This document shows positions 38,644 through 51,467 of a DNA stretch of 55,885 nucleotides, in pieces (the first letter of the stretch is position 1; the number at the start of each line of letters is the position of its first letter). The DNA is taken from assembly GCA_001938485.1 (NCBI GenBank), contig MQRK01217566.1:1-55885 (forward strand), in the 5' to 3' direction. Under the pieces are notes generated by a model, which saw only the letters and a list, made by a program, of their open reading frames with translations, ran no database searches and was not told the origin of the DNA. Source of the stretch: Girardia tigrina (lineage: Eukaryota). The position numbers were made by a program, and so were the translations under genes.

Positions 38644-39172
38644 TATTAAGAACATTTAGACAAGTCGCGTTTGAACTTTTATTACAATCACATTTAGAGT
38701 CATTAAGACTTTCAGAAAGTCTTTCATCGTTTGTCATCATTCAAATTGGTTTTCTTATTTCCCTTTTTAATCATGATTATTCGAGCAATTTTTCTAAGTC
38801 ATTTTTTTTAAATATAATAATTAATATTACATAAAAATAGTAGATTTTACCATTTCTCAATAAATCCAAAAATAATAAAAATGTCATCAAATTATTAAAA
38901 ATACATTTAATTTAAATTTTACCAAAAATATTAAACTTAATTTTAATTGTTAAATTAAAAATATGAACTTAGAAAATGATTATTTTAATTATGTTCGAAT
39001 AGTCAATCACTTTAAATTTAAATAAAAAAATACCAATTTCCATCTGGGTGGGAGAATCACCATTCTAAATTCAACATACTTAAATCAACATACATCATCA
39101 CTACATTTACACATTCAATTTAAAATTACAAAATTCAATTACACATTCAAACAATTGAAAATATTCCTCACA
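38644..39172 (-). mobile_element. Solo-LTR-like copy (TGTGAGG family)
   Basis: Minus strand TGTGAGGAATATT..TCTCCCACCCAGATGG..GTTCTTAATA; TSD not clear. Confidence 0.65.
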
Positions 39173-40839
39173 AAAATAAAGACTCCTTTGTTCGGGTTAT
39201 TATTACTATCAGTCGATCGATTTTATTATTATCGTTCTTGCGGAATACTCGTGCTTATATTTTGAGTTATTGAAATGGCTAGTTCCGATTGGTCGGTAAG
39301 TCAGAGCGAGCTTTGCCAGAGATTGAAATCGCAGTTTAATTATCAGTGACTAAGAACAAAATTCTTAAAACTCTAAATGTTTCGATTTTTCACTTTGAAT
39401 TTTTGATTTTATTGAAAAAATTTTGAATAATTAAAAGACGATTTTATTTTTTCTATTTGTTTTTAAAAACAATATACTGTTGCCCGAATTTGTAATTTGA
39501 TTTACTTATTAAAAAAACAATTTGAATATTTTTGTATTTGATTGAACACAATTTATATTTTTTAGGCTAATTAAAACGATTACATATTTGCGTCTTAGTA
39601 TTAATGAATTCCTATTGCTCAAATTAAAAAAAGGCTGTGGAAATTGTTTTGATACGAAATTTGTAATTGAATTTTAGAAACGAAATTTTAAAATATGTCA
39701 ATGATTGATCTGTAAATTTTAAAATGGGCCCAACACGAAAATCAGTGACTCTACTACCATCTGTTAGTCTCTTCGGAAACCTGCGGACTTCATCAAACCA
39801 GTAGGATTATGTTATAAATTGTTTTTCTTTTTTAATTTTTAACTTTACCATGATATAAACACAAAAAATTATCATTAAAATAGTGAGCGTTTGTAATATG
39901 TTTTGTTTATATGTTTAATTCTTTTGCAATCATTTAATATTTCTATTTTTGTCAATATTGTTTTGCTATTTTATGAATATTTTCATTATTTTTGTATCAT
40001 ATTACAGTATTTTAATTACGAATTCTGATTATATATTTTGATGATTCTGATGAATAAATTCCCGTTAAAATCAATAAAAGATCAAGAAAAATATAATATA
40101 CCACGTTTAACACTGGCTTTACAACGAAAAAAATATTTTATTAATAACTAGTAAATTTCAAACAAAAGTTATATTATGTAATAATTAAATATAAAATCCA
40201 TAAAAACATATTAATATATAAAAAATAAAAATCCAAAAAATATAAAAATTAATTTAAAAATATTTTCTCAAGAAATCAATAAAGCAATCAAATAAACAAA
40301 AAATCATAAATTATCAAATATTAAAACAAAATTTATAAAAAAACCCTTTTTCAAAAACAGTTATCGAAATTGCTTCTGAAAATGATTGACAACAACATTT
40401 TTTGTTTTCAACAACACAGCTCTACTTTCATTTTAGATTTTTTAAATTATTAATCAATTGTAAGAATATTTTTAATTAGAATTAATTAATTTTGACAAAT
40501 AAATTATTGAGAATTAAAAAAAAACATTTTCCACTCACAGTGGAAAATGATAATTTTTCTTTTACTATTTAACAAAATTAAAAAAAAAAACAAAACAACC
40601 GTAAATTTTAAAAAAAATCATAAAAATAAAAAACTGAATGACTTAAAAAGTTTAAAAATGCACTGTCAAAAACAACTAAGAATGAATTAAATTAAAAAAA
40701 AATATATCACGATCTCAAAAAATCCAAAATATGTTCAGTGTTCCACCCGATAACCGAATCGCCCCAAGAACTGGACGGAGGTAGCAGGCAAGCACGATGA
40801 AATTTTTAGCGATGGGATTTCGGTATCATTTTGGTGGGA

Positions 40840-41235
40840 CTATTTTTTATCAAAGCTCATACATCCTTCAAGTTCAACGTTCATGTCGAAAATGATTAAC
40901 GAGTCTCCGACTCTCACAAAGCAATAAAATCGATTATCGGTATCGATTTTATCAGCATCCATAGAGTAAACAATTGCCGAACCGTTCGATTCGTACAAAC
41001 AAAACACCAAAAACTGTTTCCCGTTGACATCAACAACGTCCATTGCAATAAATTCGTTGATCAATCGGGCGTTCAAGAAATTTTTGCAAAAATTATTGTG
41101 ATAAGAAAAATTTGATAAATCGCTACCGCTACAGAGACAAATCAAATTTTTGTGAGCGATTCCGCAAATGAGAGAATTCAAATCGCTCAGCGCAAATGAG
41201 TTATAAAATAATGATATTTGAAAAGATTTGTGCAT
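40840..41235 (-). CDS. Unidentified protein-like ORF (beta-strand-rich); possibly a gene fragment or pseudogene
   Basis: 131 codons without a stop in AT-rich DNA, protein-like composition, no TE motif recognised. Confidence 0.35.
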   Translation of the reverse strand: MHKSFQISLFYNSFALSDLNSLICGIAHKNLICLCSGSDLSNFSYHNNFCKNFLNARLINEFIAMDVVDVNGKQFLVFCLYESNGSAIVYSMDADKIDTDNRFYCFVRVGDSLIIFDMNVELEGCMSFDKK

Positions 41236-41569
41236 TAGAAGCGGAGTTATGTTCGAATTATTTAACCAAGAATCATTTCAGAATACTTCATCTCATCAAT
41301 CGATAACAAATGACATTAACTCCAAACAACACAAAATATTATCAATGAACAAATTTTTAAAAAAACAACATTTATCATTTTTCAAGCTCAAAAAACAAAT
41401 TCATATATTAAAACAAATCCGCAGTTTGTTAATTTCTATCATATTTCTATACCGGTATATCTATAAAAAATAATAAAAATTAACAATATTGTCTTTGAAA
41501 TAAAAAATTTTTTTCCGAGAAAAGAAAGAGGAAAGAGTAAAAAACCATTGACATAAATATCGATATTAA

Positions 41570-42070
41570 TAAAAAAATATAAAAATAATAAAATTTGAAT
41601 TCCAAACATTCAGTAATAAATCTATTACAAATTTAAAACTTTATTGTGATATTATTTCTGATTATAAATGTAATGAATTCGAGGCAACATACATTGAGAG
41701 ACTGCCCGCCATCTCTGTAAATGAATTTAATAACATGGTCAAAAAGAGAGTAAGTGTACTATTGTAAAACATAAGATAAAATGTGAATATTCTGTTAATA
41801 TTGATAATTTTAAGACTCTGTATGAGTTCATTGATATTTATTGGGATCGTGTCGTGTGAAGAATTGTTAATTAGGTCACATTGATCTAAAATCAATGTTC
41901 AATCGGCAGTCTCAACCAGCTTATTGAAAATTTTTGATTAGCGAGATTCCATTCAATTGATTACATAATCATTATTTTTGCATGTAAATTGTACATATAG
42001 GTGAATTAAATTATTAAACAGTGACCTGAAATATATTTTTAAATGAATGAATTTTGTTTTTAATAAAAAT
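41570..42070 (+). mobile_element. Decayed Penelope-like 3' fragment (hammerhead deleted)
   Basis: FSNKS..YKCN..ATYI(G)ETARHL..PKINVQ-like strings. The pLTR aligns to 50490-50695 but CAGTGACCTG joins directly to AAATATATTTTT. Confidence 0.7.
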
Positions 42071-43734
42071 AAAAGTTTATTTTTTTATTTAATTGAACCT
42101 GAATAATCAATTTAATTAGGAAAATTTTATTTTAAAAGAAAAAAAACGCTTTAATGAAAGCCATTCTACCGTTAAATTTTCATTAAATATCGGAATTTTC
42201 TTTAATTGATATTTTCGTAAAGAACAAGGAAGCTGTCAAAAAGTTTCAAGGAGAAAGATAAACTTCCACTTGATTTTATGTAACAGTATTAATTACAAGT
42301 TACGAGCGATATGTCGTCTTTACTGGATTAGATTTCGCTACGAAATCATATTGGGTTTACTCAAAATACAAATAATATTTTTAAAATAATAATTATATTT
42401 ATTATATATGAATAATTTGATTTATATATCGTTATTACTAATTTCTTTCGACAAAATAATTTATTCTTTTCTAATATTCAACTTTATTTTCCACAATTTT
42501 CTTCTTTCCTAGCAACATGAGATCGAGATAATTGGAATAACATTTAACTACATAATTATAAAAATAAAAACGATTGTTAATAACATGAAAATATGTTGAT
42601 ACAATTGTAATATGTAAATATATGTAAATACAATTTTTTGAGGAGTTTCAAATTTTGAGCTGATGTAGATTTCTTTGTCTTTTATGGTTAAAATGTTTCG
42701 TAGAACAATAAGATTCGAGATTTACCCGCCAGGTACAGTGGGCGATTTATCATCGATCGGACATGTTGTCCCACTGGCTCACAATAAAATGCTTTAAATG
42801 CTTCAAAAAGTCCTATTTTCCTCACGAGACAGATGTCTACCACCTTACAGGTTGCAGGAATAAAAACAATTTTTACTTTCAGGCTGATTAGTTCTTGACA
42901 GATATCTATATAATGAATGAGTGATTGTAATGTTCTTGATTTCCAATATAGTCATACATTCGATACATGTCATTTTATTTTTTCGAAAAAAGAAGCCTTT
43001 GTTAAGGTAACATTTAATCGGTGAGTGATGTTACACAAGGCATTTATTATAACATAAACAAATAACACTTAATTCAGGCTATTTCGTTCCATTGGGGCGG
43101 AGATTTTAACTGGAAGATTGATAAATGTATGATAAAAGTGTTTCTATGACTTTGAATGATTTATACGCTTGTCTTATATCAATCTTTATAGTTATTTTGT
43201 AGTTTGGCGAAATTCTCTTGATTAGGCACTACAATCAATTGATTAATTTTCAAAGAATATGAAAGTTCTTTGAGTAAATCGTTAGAACCTGGAACAACAC
43301 ACTGTGAAGTAGATCCTTAAAACTTCGAAGAAACTCATCTAATAATTCTTAAAAGAAGAATCTATAAATGTAAATGGTCCTCATATTGATTTTTAGTTCC
43401 TCTTGCTAAAATTTATTTTCTATAATAAGTTCTAAAGACATAATTTCTCGAAGAAATTTCCATTTATATAAAAACGTTTTATATCAGTGTAAGCTCCGAT
43501 CCCGGCCAATTCGTTATCATCTAACGTGGTCATCGATAAAATAAATTTGCTTTATAAAACGATAATAATTCGATGAAGAAGACAATTCAAGAGGTTCCAC
43601 ACTTTATTTTTTTAACCACACAAAAAATTAGAATATTTCAACAATAATGTTCTATTGTTTTTGTATTTTTTCAGAACTCGTTGATTAATTTTCTTAATTT
43701 TCGACATAACGATTTTAGTATATAAATATTAATA

Positions 43735-44850
43735 CAGGTCTGTCCAGAAAGTCTTGGTCGATTTATAGACAAGTAAAAGCTAAGCATTTATTGTTATTTT
43801 CATCATCATCTCTAATGTATTCAAAGTATCCTAAAGTGTCCATTGTGAGCCACGCACTTCTCCCACCATTCTGGGAGTTTTCTAATTCTTTTAGTAAAGA
43901 AACTTCGAGTTTTCTCTTCAATCCAACGCTCCAACACCACTTGAACTTCTTCCGCGGAGTTAAAATTTCGACATCAGAGGGCGGTTTTCATTGGGGAGAA
44001 TAAATAAAAATAGGAGGGAGTGAGGTCAGGGGAGTATGGTGGATGGAGCAATACACTGAATCCGATTTCCTGCAGCTTATTTACTGTTCTGTTGGCTGTG
44101 TGGGATCTGGCATTATCGTGAAGGTGAGTAATTTGTTGAGTTACTCCTCCCATAAGCCACCTCCACTTTTGTTGTATTGCAACCACAAGACGATCCAGCT
44201 GTTGACAGTAGGTATCCGCAGTAATTGTCTGTCCATGAGGGAGAACTTCCATTTGCAATACACCTTTGCAGTCCCAAAAAACTGAAATCATGGTCTTTAT
44301 TGGTGTAAGCACACGACGAACTTCAACTGGAGGATTGTCTCCTTCTCCTCGCCAAGAAGAATGCTGTGAGCCTCCATTGTCCCTATATATCCAGGATTCA
44401 TCCATGGTTACCAGTTGTCCACGAAAATCAAAAGCCGATTGCTTTGCTAACAGCTCGTTGCATGTTCTTTCTCTCTTAGCCATTTGTTCAGGGGATAGTA
44501 GATGTGGGATTCATCGATTACACAGGTACCGCTTCTTCATCTGAATGAGATGATTTCGAGCTGTCTCAAGTGCTATGGAGATTCATGTGCTGTATTTGTC
44601 CAAATCCAGCTGTTGCAATATAGCGTCATCAATGTTCATTGACGGCCTTCTAGAGCGTGTTAGATCTTCCACATAAAATTCACCTTTGTTAAACTGCGTT
44701 ATCCATCAACGGTAAGTGCTCTCACTAACAGCACCACTTCCAAGTGCTGCATTCATCTCTTTACATATAGCGGGGGGATTCCAATTACGATCGAGATTTT
44801 AAAATAATTTTATTTTAGATATTTCACAATCAGCATACAAATTGGTCATA
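43735..44850 (-). mobile_element. mariner (D,D34D-type) element, one TIR seen
   Basis: TA|CAGGTCTGTCCAGAAAG; motifs TMDESW, HDNARSH, HPPYSPDLTPS. Confidence 0.88.
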
Positions 44851-45850
44851 GAAGGATTTTTCAAAGAATTACGGCTATCGTTTCGTAAAAAATATACTTT
44901 TTTCTTCATTTATTCTTTTGCATTGAAATACTAATATTTGAGAATTGGATATTGAGAACTAAATTCGGGCTTTAGAAAAGGTTGGTTAATAAATTAGAAT
45001 GACAGTCCTTGATTGTGATCCTACTGTTGTGAATTGGTGTGTTGTTATGCAAATAGTAACCTTACAGACTCTGTCGTCTCAACTTTCTAAACTATTTCAC
45101 GAGCCTAGAGTCGTACTCATATCGATATAAAAGCCATTAACTGAAAAAAAATAAAACCAGTTTTGCAACATGTTGACGATTACTTCTTATCCAAAGAACA
45201 TTTTGCTGATAATACTTCTTATTTAAGACTCTTTAATCTTGATTCAGATACAGAAATAACAAGAGATGTTTCATTCATTATTATAATATTCTACAATAAG
45301 TAGTTTTCAACACGTTGAAAGAGATTTAAGTTATCCAGTCAGAAAATCAGCAAGTGATTCTTCATCAATGCTCTTGAAAAACGCGAAATAAAGCAAGAAC
45401 TTAATGTAATAATTTTATAATTTCAGTTTTAACAAATAATGACTGTAGAATATCTCTGCTGATATAAAAACGCATTGTTCGTTCTTAAGTAGTTATTTAT
45501 TTTTTCCTCTGAACAAATTTTATGTATCTCCGATTTTTGGCGACCAGAATTATCTTCATCAAAAACAAATATTTGACCGCCTAGAAAATAGTTGAACTTT
45601 TGTTTGATGAAAGTCGTTGACTTATCTCACGATAAATAGATCTCAGTTGTATGAATATTTCTTCAAGGCTCTTTCTATTCATCAATAAGAAATAAATAAC
45701 TCTTTTCGATATTGCATATTTGAAATAAGGATTTATGAATTTTAAATTCTGCACATACAAAATATTTACACAACAATAATATTATAAAACAAATATAATG
45801 AATTATGTACCCTTATGACATGATTTTTATGGAAAAATAAATTTTGTATG

Positions 45851-46184
45851 TATTAAGGATATTAACACCCGAAGTCTTATTACAAGATTTATTACGACTA
45901 AAATGGTCTGTAATCAGCGTCTGGGGCATGACTTGTTTCTTCAATTGATTCTTCAAAAATTTGCCGAAATCTGCAAATATTAAAACAATTGTATTTTTAA
46001 TTAATTGTTAAATAACAATTAATTTATTATACAATTTGTAATATAAATTTTTAAATTTGACAACAATTGACTTCAATTGTCTAGGGAGAGATGTCATGCT
46101 TAAACCAACCAGTCTCAAACATACTATAAAACTCATTCAAAAAGTACTCAACATCATTCAAACATCATTCCAATATCCCTCACA
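45851..46184 (-). mobile_element. Solo-LTR-like copy (TGTGAGG family)
   Basis: Minus strand TGTGAGGGATATT...CCTTAATA; flanks GTATG / ATATG. Confidence 0.6.
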
Positions 46185-46294
46185 ATATGAATTCGATTAT
46201 GTTTTTTGTAACATGATTGCTACTTTATGAGACATAACTATAAATTTGTGACTATGTTAATATTAATATTAAGTTTTAGTTTGTTAGATCTATT

Positions 46295-46337
<43 letters not shown>

Positions 46338-47749
46338 TTATTCCTTATAAACAAAAGTTTTGACTTAAATATTTCACAAATTAAAATCTATGCTTTTATG
46401 TACATCGTGGACTTCCTTTTTTAAAGCATATTAACAAATTAAAACAAAATAACTGAAGTTTCTGAAACTTTGGTTTTTAAATCTAGATATCATTTTAACC
46501 GCTATTGTATATACAATTTCATATATTCATCCTTTTATAACATGTATCCTGAATAGCAATCGGATAAATTGATCAAGGGACCGACCCAGTTCGTTTGATT
46601 AAAACTGTCACGACTCCGTCTCGTTCTGTTTTATTCTCGTAGACTTCCGTGATAATAAAATTGCCAGATTGAATTTTTTTGTTCCTGGGTTTTTTTAGCT
46701 TCGAGTCGATGGTACATATTATTTTATATCTTCGTTATAATTTTTTTATTTAATTGTAGTTGTAATTTAATTTATTATGAGATTATTAGTTTGAATAAAT
46801 GCAGGATGTACAAAAAAATGTTAAATTTTATCTGTGTACGAAGTAATAATTTAACGGTTTTTGTTTAATAAAAATAATAAAAAATAATTAAACAGTAAAA
46901 ACATTATTTCAAAAGAAACTTTCACGGCCATCTTTAAACATACTCATTCTGTACAGTCCTACGGTTTTCCGCAGAGACTGACCGGTGGTAGCAGAGATGC
47001 AGTGGAGCTCGGGAATTTTGCAATCGTGCTACCCTCAATTATTAATTATCCTTCAGACTGTCCATAACCTTTTTCATTTTTTTAAAATTTTTTTCCAATC
47101 AAATTCAAAATCGTTAAGAATAATTAAGTCGTTCAGGAAATGAAATTTTGTATTAAAATTAAATTATTCAAATCTCTCAGATGACAAAAACAATTCTCGC
47201 AAATAATTTAATTACAGAAGACAAAAACAAATTTGTAAGAATACTCCATCGCTAAAAGGACAATAACCATTACAGTAATTCTTTCAGAAAAAATAATATT
47301 CGAAATTGTTTAAAAAAAGTTCAGCGATTTTCACAAACTTCAAATTCGGTAAACAGTGAAACTGATATTTCAAGAGTGATGTCACTTACTTTAATCCTTT
47401 TAGCGTCTTTCTTCGGGATTTAAATGCGTGTTGATTAAGATTCAAATTATAATTTTTCATTTCTTTATTGAGATTCATTAAATATTTAAATAAGAACTAT
47501 TCAAAGTTTTTCTGATATTTTAAACCGAGACTGTCTTTAGGACAAGGAGGTAAGGAGGATCAACCAAGTAATTGCCGATTTCAGTCATACATGTCTCTCA
47601 CTTCCATTTTTATTACATCCGTAAATGTTATGAACTTATTATATATGTAATTTGTTATACAAAACCTAGCCTTACAAATTCATTGCGTAAATATCTTCTT
47701 TAAGTTTTTTAAACATTTAAAAAATTAATATAATAATCAATAATTAATT

Positions 47750-48576
47750 TAGAGTGCAAAAATAAACATATATTCCATATTTTGCTTTATTATTTCTATG
47801 AAAGAAAGATAGAAGTGCAAGCTGCCAAAATGTTACGTGATGTGTATGGTAAAAAACCTGCCAAAATTGTTTTAAAAAATTCAGTTGTGGAGATTTTTCC
47901 CTTAAAAATGACTAACGTTACAACTTATTTCAACATTTACAACTTATGAGTCTCTTTAATAAGCTGGATATTTGAGTTCTGTATGATTTGAAAGAATTTC
48001 ATCCGACAAAACGAATCAAAACTTGCGATACATTGCTTAAACGAAATGAAATTGTGTACAAATATATCAATCGAAAACAATCATGGTGTACCGATAATGA
48101 GCCATCGAAAAGGACTTGAAATGCAAATATCCAACAAAGTAGATTTTGCAATCCATTTGCAGGGATTGGAAAGGTCTGCTGTATTTTAAGCTGCTTCCAA
48201 GGAACCAAATAATTAATTATAAGGTATACTGTCGGCAACTGGACAAGGAAAAGCTTTTAGAATTGGTTAATTGTAAATGTCATTTTTCACCAGGGTAACG
48301 CTAAGCCTCTCACATCTTTGGCCACTAGGCAAACAATGAATGAATATTGGTTGGTAATTGATGTTTTACCCCATATAGCCCAAGTTTCTCGCCATCGGAT
48401 TAACACTTATTTCGATCCCTGGACAACTCATTTCGTCGCAAAACCTTCAATGATAATGACACTATAAAATCTTACTGACTATAGTCAGTAAGATTTTATA
48501 GTGTCATTAAGTTCCTTCCAAGAAAAACACTCTTATTTCAATGAACAAATCGACAATAACTTACCTGTCAACCCAA
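47750..48576 (+). pseudogene. Decayed mariner element
   Basis: HIFHILLYYF..RDVYG, FHQGNAKPLT, PYSP; 3' TIR ACTTACCTGTCAACCCAA|TA. Confidence 0.75.
48454..48509. repeat. Perfect 56-bp palindrome without spacer
   Basis: TAATGACACTATAAAATCTTACTGACTA|TAGTCAGTAAGATTTTATAGTGTCATTA. Confidence 0.95.
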
Positions 48577-50334
48577 TATAAATAATTTAAGTATAAAATT
48601 ACAAAAACAACACGTAAAAAATAATTTTACAGCTAATTTATGAATCAAAAGTTCGTGCAATTGAAAACACAACATTTGCTAATTCAGTTGAGTATGATGC
48701 CTAAATTATAATTTTCGGATCAATTTTATATAAGGTGTTGCACATCACAAAATATTGAGAATCATTTAATTTAATTTTTTTACTATTGTAGTTATGACAT
48801 TTATAACTGAATATATCTTTCCAAATTACTGTCTTTCCATATTACTGTCTTTCCCGTTTATTTAGAGATTAATCCCATTAATTAAAATAATTAATATTAA
48901 TTTTATTCACCTCACAAAATTCTAGCCCATCACAGATAAGAATAATCAGAATAATTTAATTTTTTAAAGAATGTCCGATGACTAAAAGAATTTAATATAG
49001 AAGCATACATACTGCATGTTGACGCATATCTACTGCATAAAGACATAACTTTACACACATACAAATTAACGAATCAAGTAGGACTTCGTGATGTAGGTAA
49101 TCCAGGAACACGGCCGGAACGATCAGAGGGTTAGCTGATACTGGTGAACTACTGGTGAACTTGAAACATGATAGTAAAGTTTCTGTATTATGCGCCGTCC
49201 TCGTAAGAGGTACTAATTTATCTATTGAGGCAACTTAATGGATGTGGCTAAGCCATATATCTGAACTCTAACCACTCTATGAAAATAGAATCATATTCTA
49301 TGATTTATGTTTGGCAAATAATCGTCATAGACGACTTACTTTAGGTCTGAAGGGCGGAAAGGTTCGGAGAATCTGGATGAGACGGTGTGAAGTACTTGGC
49401 TCTGTGGAGCAGGTAGATCTCAGCACGGAGAATAGTTTCTACTAGTCACTACAATGGCGCAAGGGACAATACTAAAACTCCGGATTCACATCAGGGATCA
49501 ACTGTGCGGCCAGCAGACATATTTCTATGTAGTGTCCCTGATAAACTAGATTGGGTTAGATTCCGTCTCTAGACTAAAGTGTCTGAAAGCTAGCCGATTA
49601 TTACGGAAAAACCGGCAATGTATCGTATTCAGAAATGAGCCAGCAATCCATTCATTAGGCTACGCTTTATAATCTGGGTGTGAAGGCTGTGGGGAGTAGT
49701 GACCCCGCTGTCTATGGTTGGATTGCATCGTAATGATCTGGGATGAATCAATCCTGGTGAAGGGTGTTGTAATGACGTCGTTGCATTTTCGAACAGGCGG
49801 AACTAAGGCATGGATTCCAACATTGGGGGAGTGCCCGTTGAGAACCATCAGCGTCCCAGGCCTCCTAAAAAGCCTCAGGCTTAATACCGTAAAAGGAGTA
49901 GAGGTGCACATCTAATACTTTAGCAAAAATTCACTTTATATTTTTTAAATTTCATAGGTACAAACTAATCTTAAAAATTTATTCAGTATTAATTTTTTAT
50001 TAAAATATAATTCATAATATACAAAACATTATTTTTTCCTTTTCAGATGTTTTTTCATTGCCTTATGTGTTTCCTTTAAAAAATAAATTAACTTTAATAT
50101 ATTATTTTTCTCTGATTAGCATTACAAATGCCAAATTAAGCAACAAATGTTTGTTAATATGAATATTTAGATGTTTCGACAAGCAAATATATTAACGCAT
50201 TAAATTACGTCTGGTTTTGTAATTACTGAGTTTAATGTATTCTTAATAGTATTGAGTTTTGTTTTAATGAACAGGATGCGATATTGTTGATCTAATGGAT
50301 TCGAAAGATATTTTCAAGATTTAATTGGACTTAA

Positions 50335-50697
50335 ATCTTAAAGTCAAAAAGGGGGAAAGAGTAATATTGCTGAGCATAAAAAACATGTAAATGTAATATG
50401 AGCATAAATGATTTTAAGATTTTGTGCAAGCATTATAAAAATTATTGGGAGAGTATCATGAGAAGCATTGTTGATAAGATCATGTGGTCCTAAAATCAAT
50501 GTTCAAGCAGCACTCTCAACTAATTTGTTAAGAGTTTTCGATTAGACTTACGTAAGTGATTACATAATCATTCATTTTCTTATATAAAAGCAATAAAAAA
50601 GAACATAATCAGTGATCTGATGATGACGGTTAAACCGTCGAAATATATTATCCTAAAATATATTTTTAAATGGCGTTTATTTGTTTTTAATAAAAAA
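50335..50697 (+). mobile_element. Penelope-like 3' fragment with pLTR
   Basis: SNIAEH..DFKILC..NYWE..EALLIRS..PKINVQ, then TATATAA, TCAGT and hammerhead. Confidence 0.82.
50614..50652 (+). ncRNA. Minimal type I hammerhead ribozyme
   Basis: GAT-CTGATGA-T-GACGG-TTAAA-CCGTC-GAAA-TATA-TT-ATC. Confidence 0.87.
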
Positions 50698-50819
50698 TTG
50701 CCATCTTTTTTCAAGTTTAATTGTTTATTAATTGTTCATTTGGCAAGACGAAATGTAAATAACTCCTTATAATTTACATTTTCACATATACCATGTTCAA
50801 ATCTAAAAAAAACTTGACT

Positions 50820-51265
50820 GTTCATTTAAAATGGCTTGTATTTTTATTTTCAGTAAAAAATATAAAACTCTTAGTATTTTTAAATTGAATTCTCAGTATT
50901 TAAAAAAATCAATTCACCTATTTCCCTGTTTATACTACAATGTGCGGAATGTAAGAGTAGGATTAATATTTTGATTGGAACTTCGCCGGTTATGATAATT
51001 ACAAAAATATTGTCGAGGAAAGAATAAATAGGTATGTTGCTCAGTGATATTTGACCTTTTCTTTATTAAGAACTTTTGCATATATGAGTCGAGAAACTGA
51101 GGAATATATATTTTCCATTGATGTTTTTACAGTGTTTAAAAATATTTTTATAAGTTTTTTTAAAATACTGAAAATTAAATTTAAAATACTGAGAAATCAA
51201 TTTTAAAAATACTGAGACTTTCATTTTTTTACTGAGCAAAAATAATAGTCGTCATATAAAATCTA
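50820..51265. mobile_element. Foldback/MITE-like element with TIRs built of ~21-bp CTCAGTATTT subrepeats
   Basis: 50822-50920 is an imperfect reverse complement of 51162-51262. Confidence 0.5.
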
Positions 51266-51326
51266 AAGTTTAGAAAAAAATAACTCAGTAAAAGTTTTGA
51301 AAGAAAATATTATATTTGGAAGATAA

Positions 51327-51467
51327 AATTGCTTGCCAAAGATAGGAATTTTAAACCTAAAAACGTTGTGTTTTACATAAAAGCAATGTATAATAAATAG
51401 ATTTTATAATTGTTTCTTTTCCTTTTCCATTTGATAGTTAAAATGTTTAGGTCAAAATACGGTCAAT
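51327..51467 (+). repeat. Inverted duplicate of hAT transposase 3' end (partner 52907-53043)
   Basis: Near-identical reverse complement encoding LLAKDRNFKPKNV..IKAMYNK*. Confidence 0.85.

Noticed and set aside
46940-47060. Short GC-rich patch considered as snRNA/SL RNA/tRNA (also 34930-35400, 39720-39810)
   Set aside because: No recognisable cloverleaf, Sm-site context or known RNA motif.
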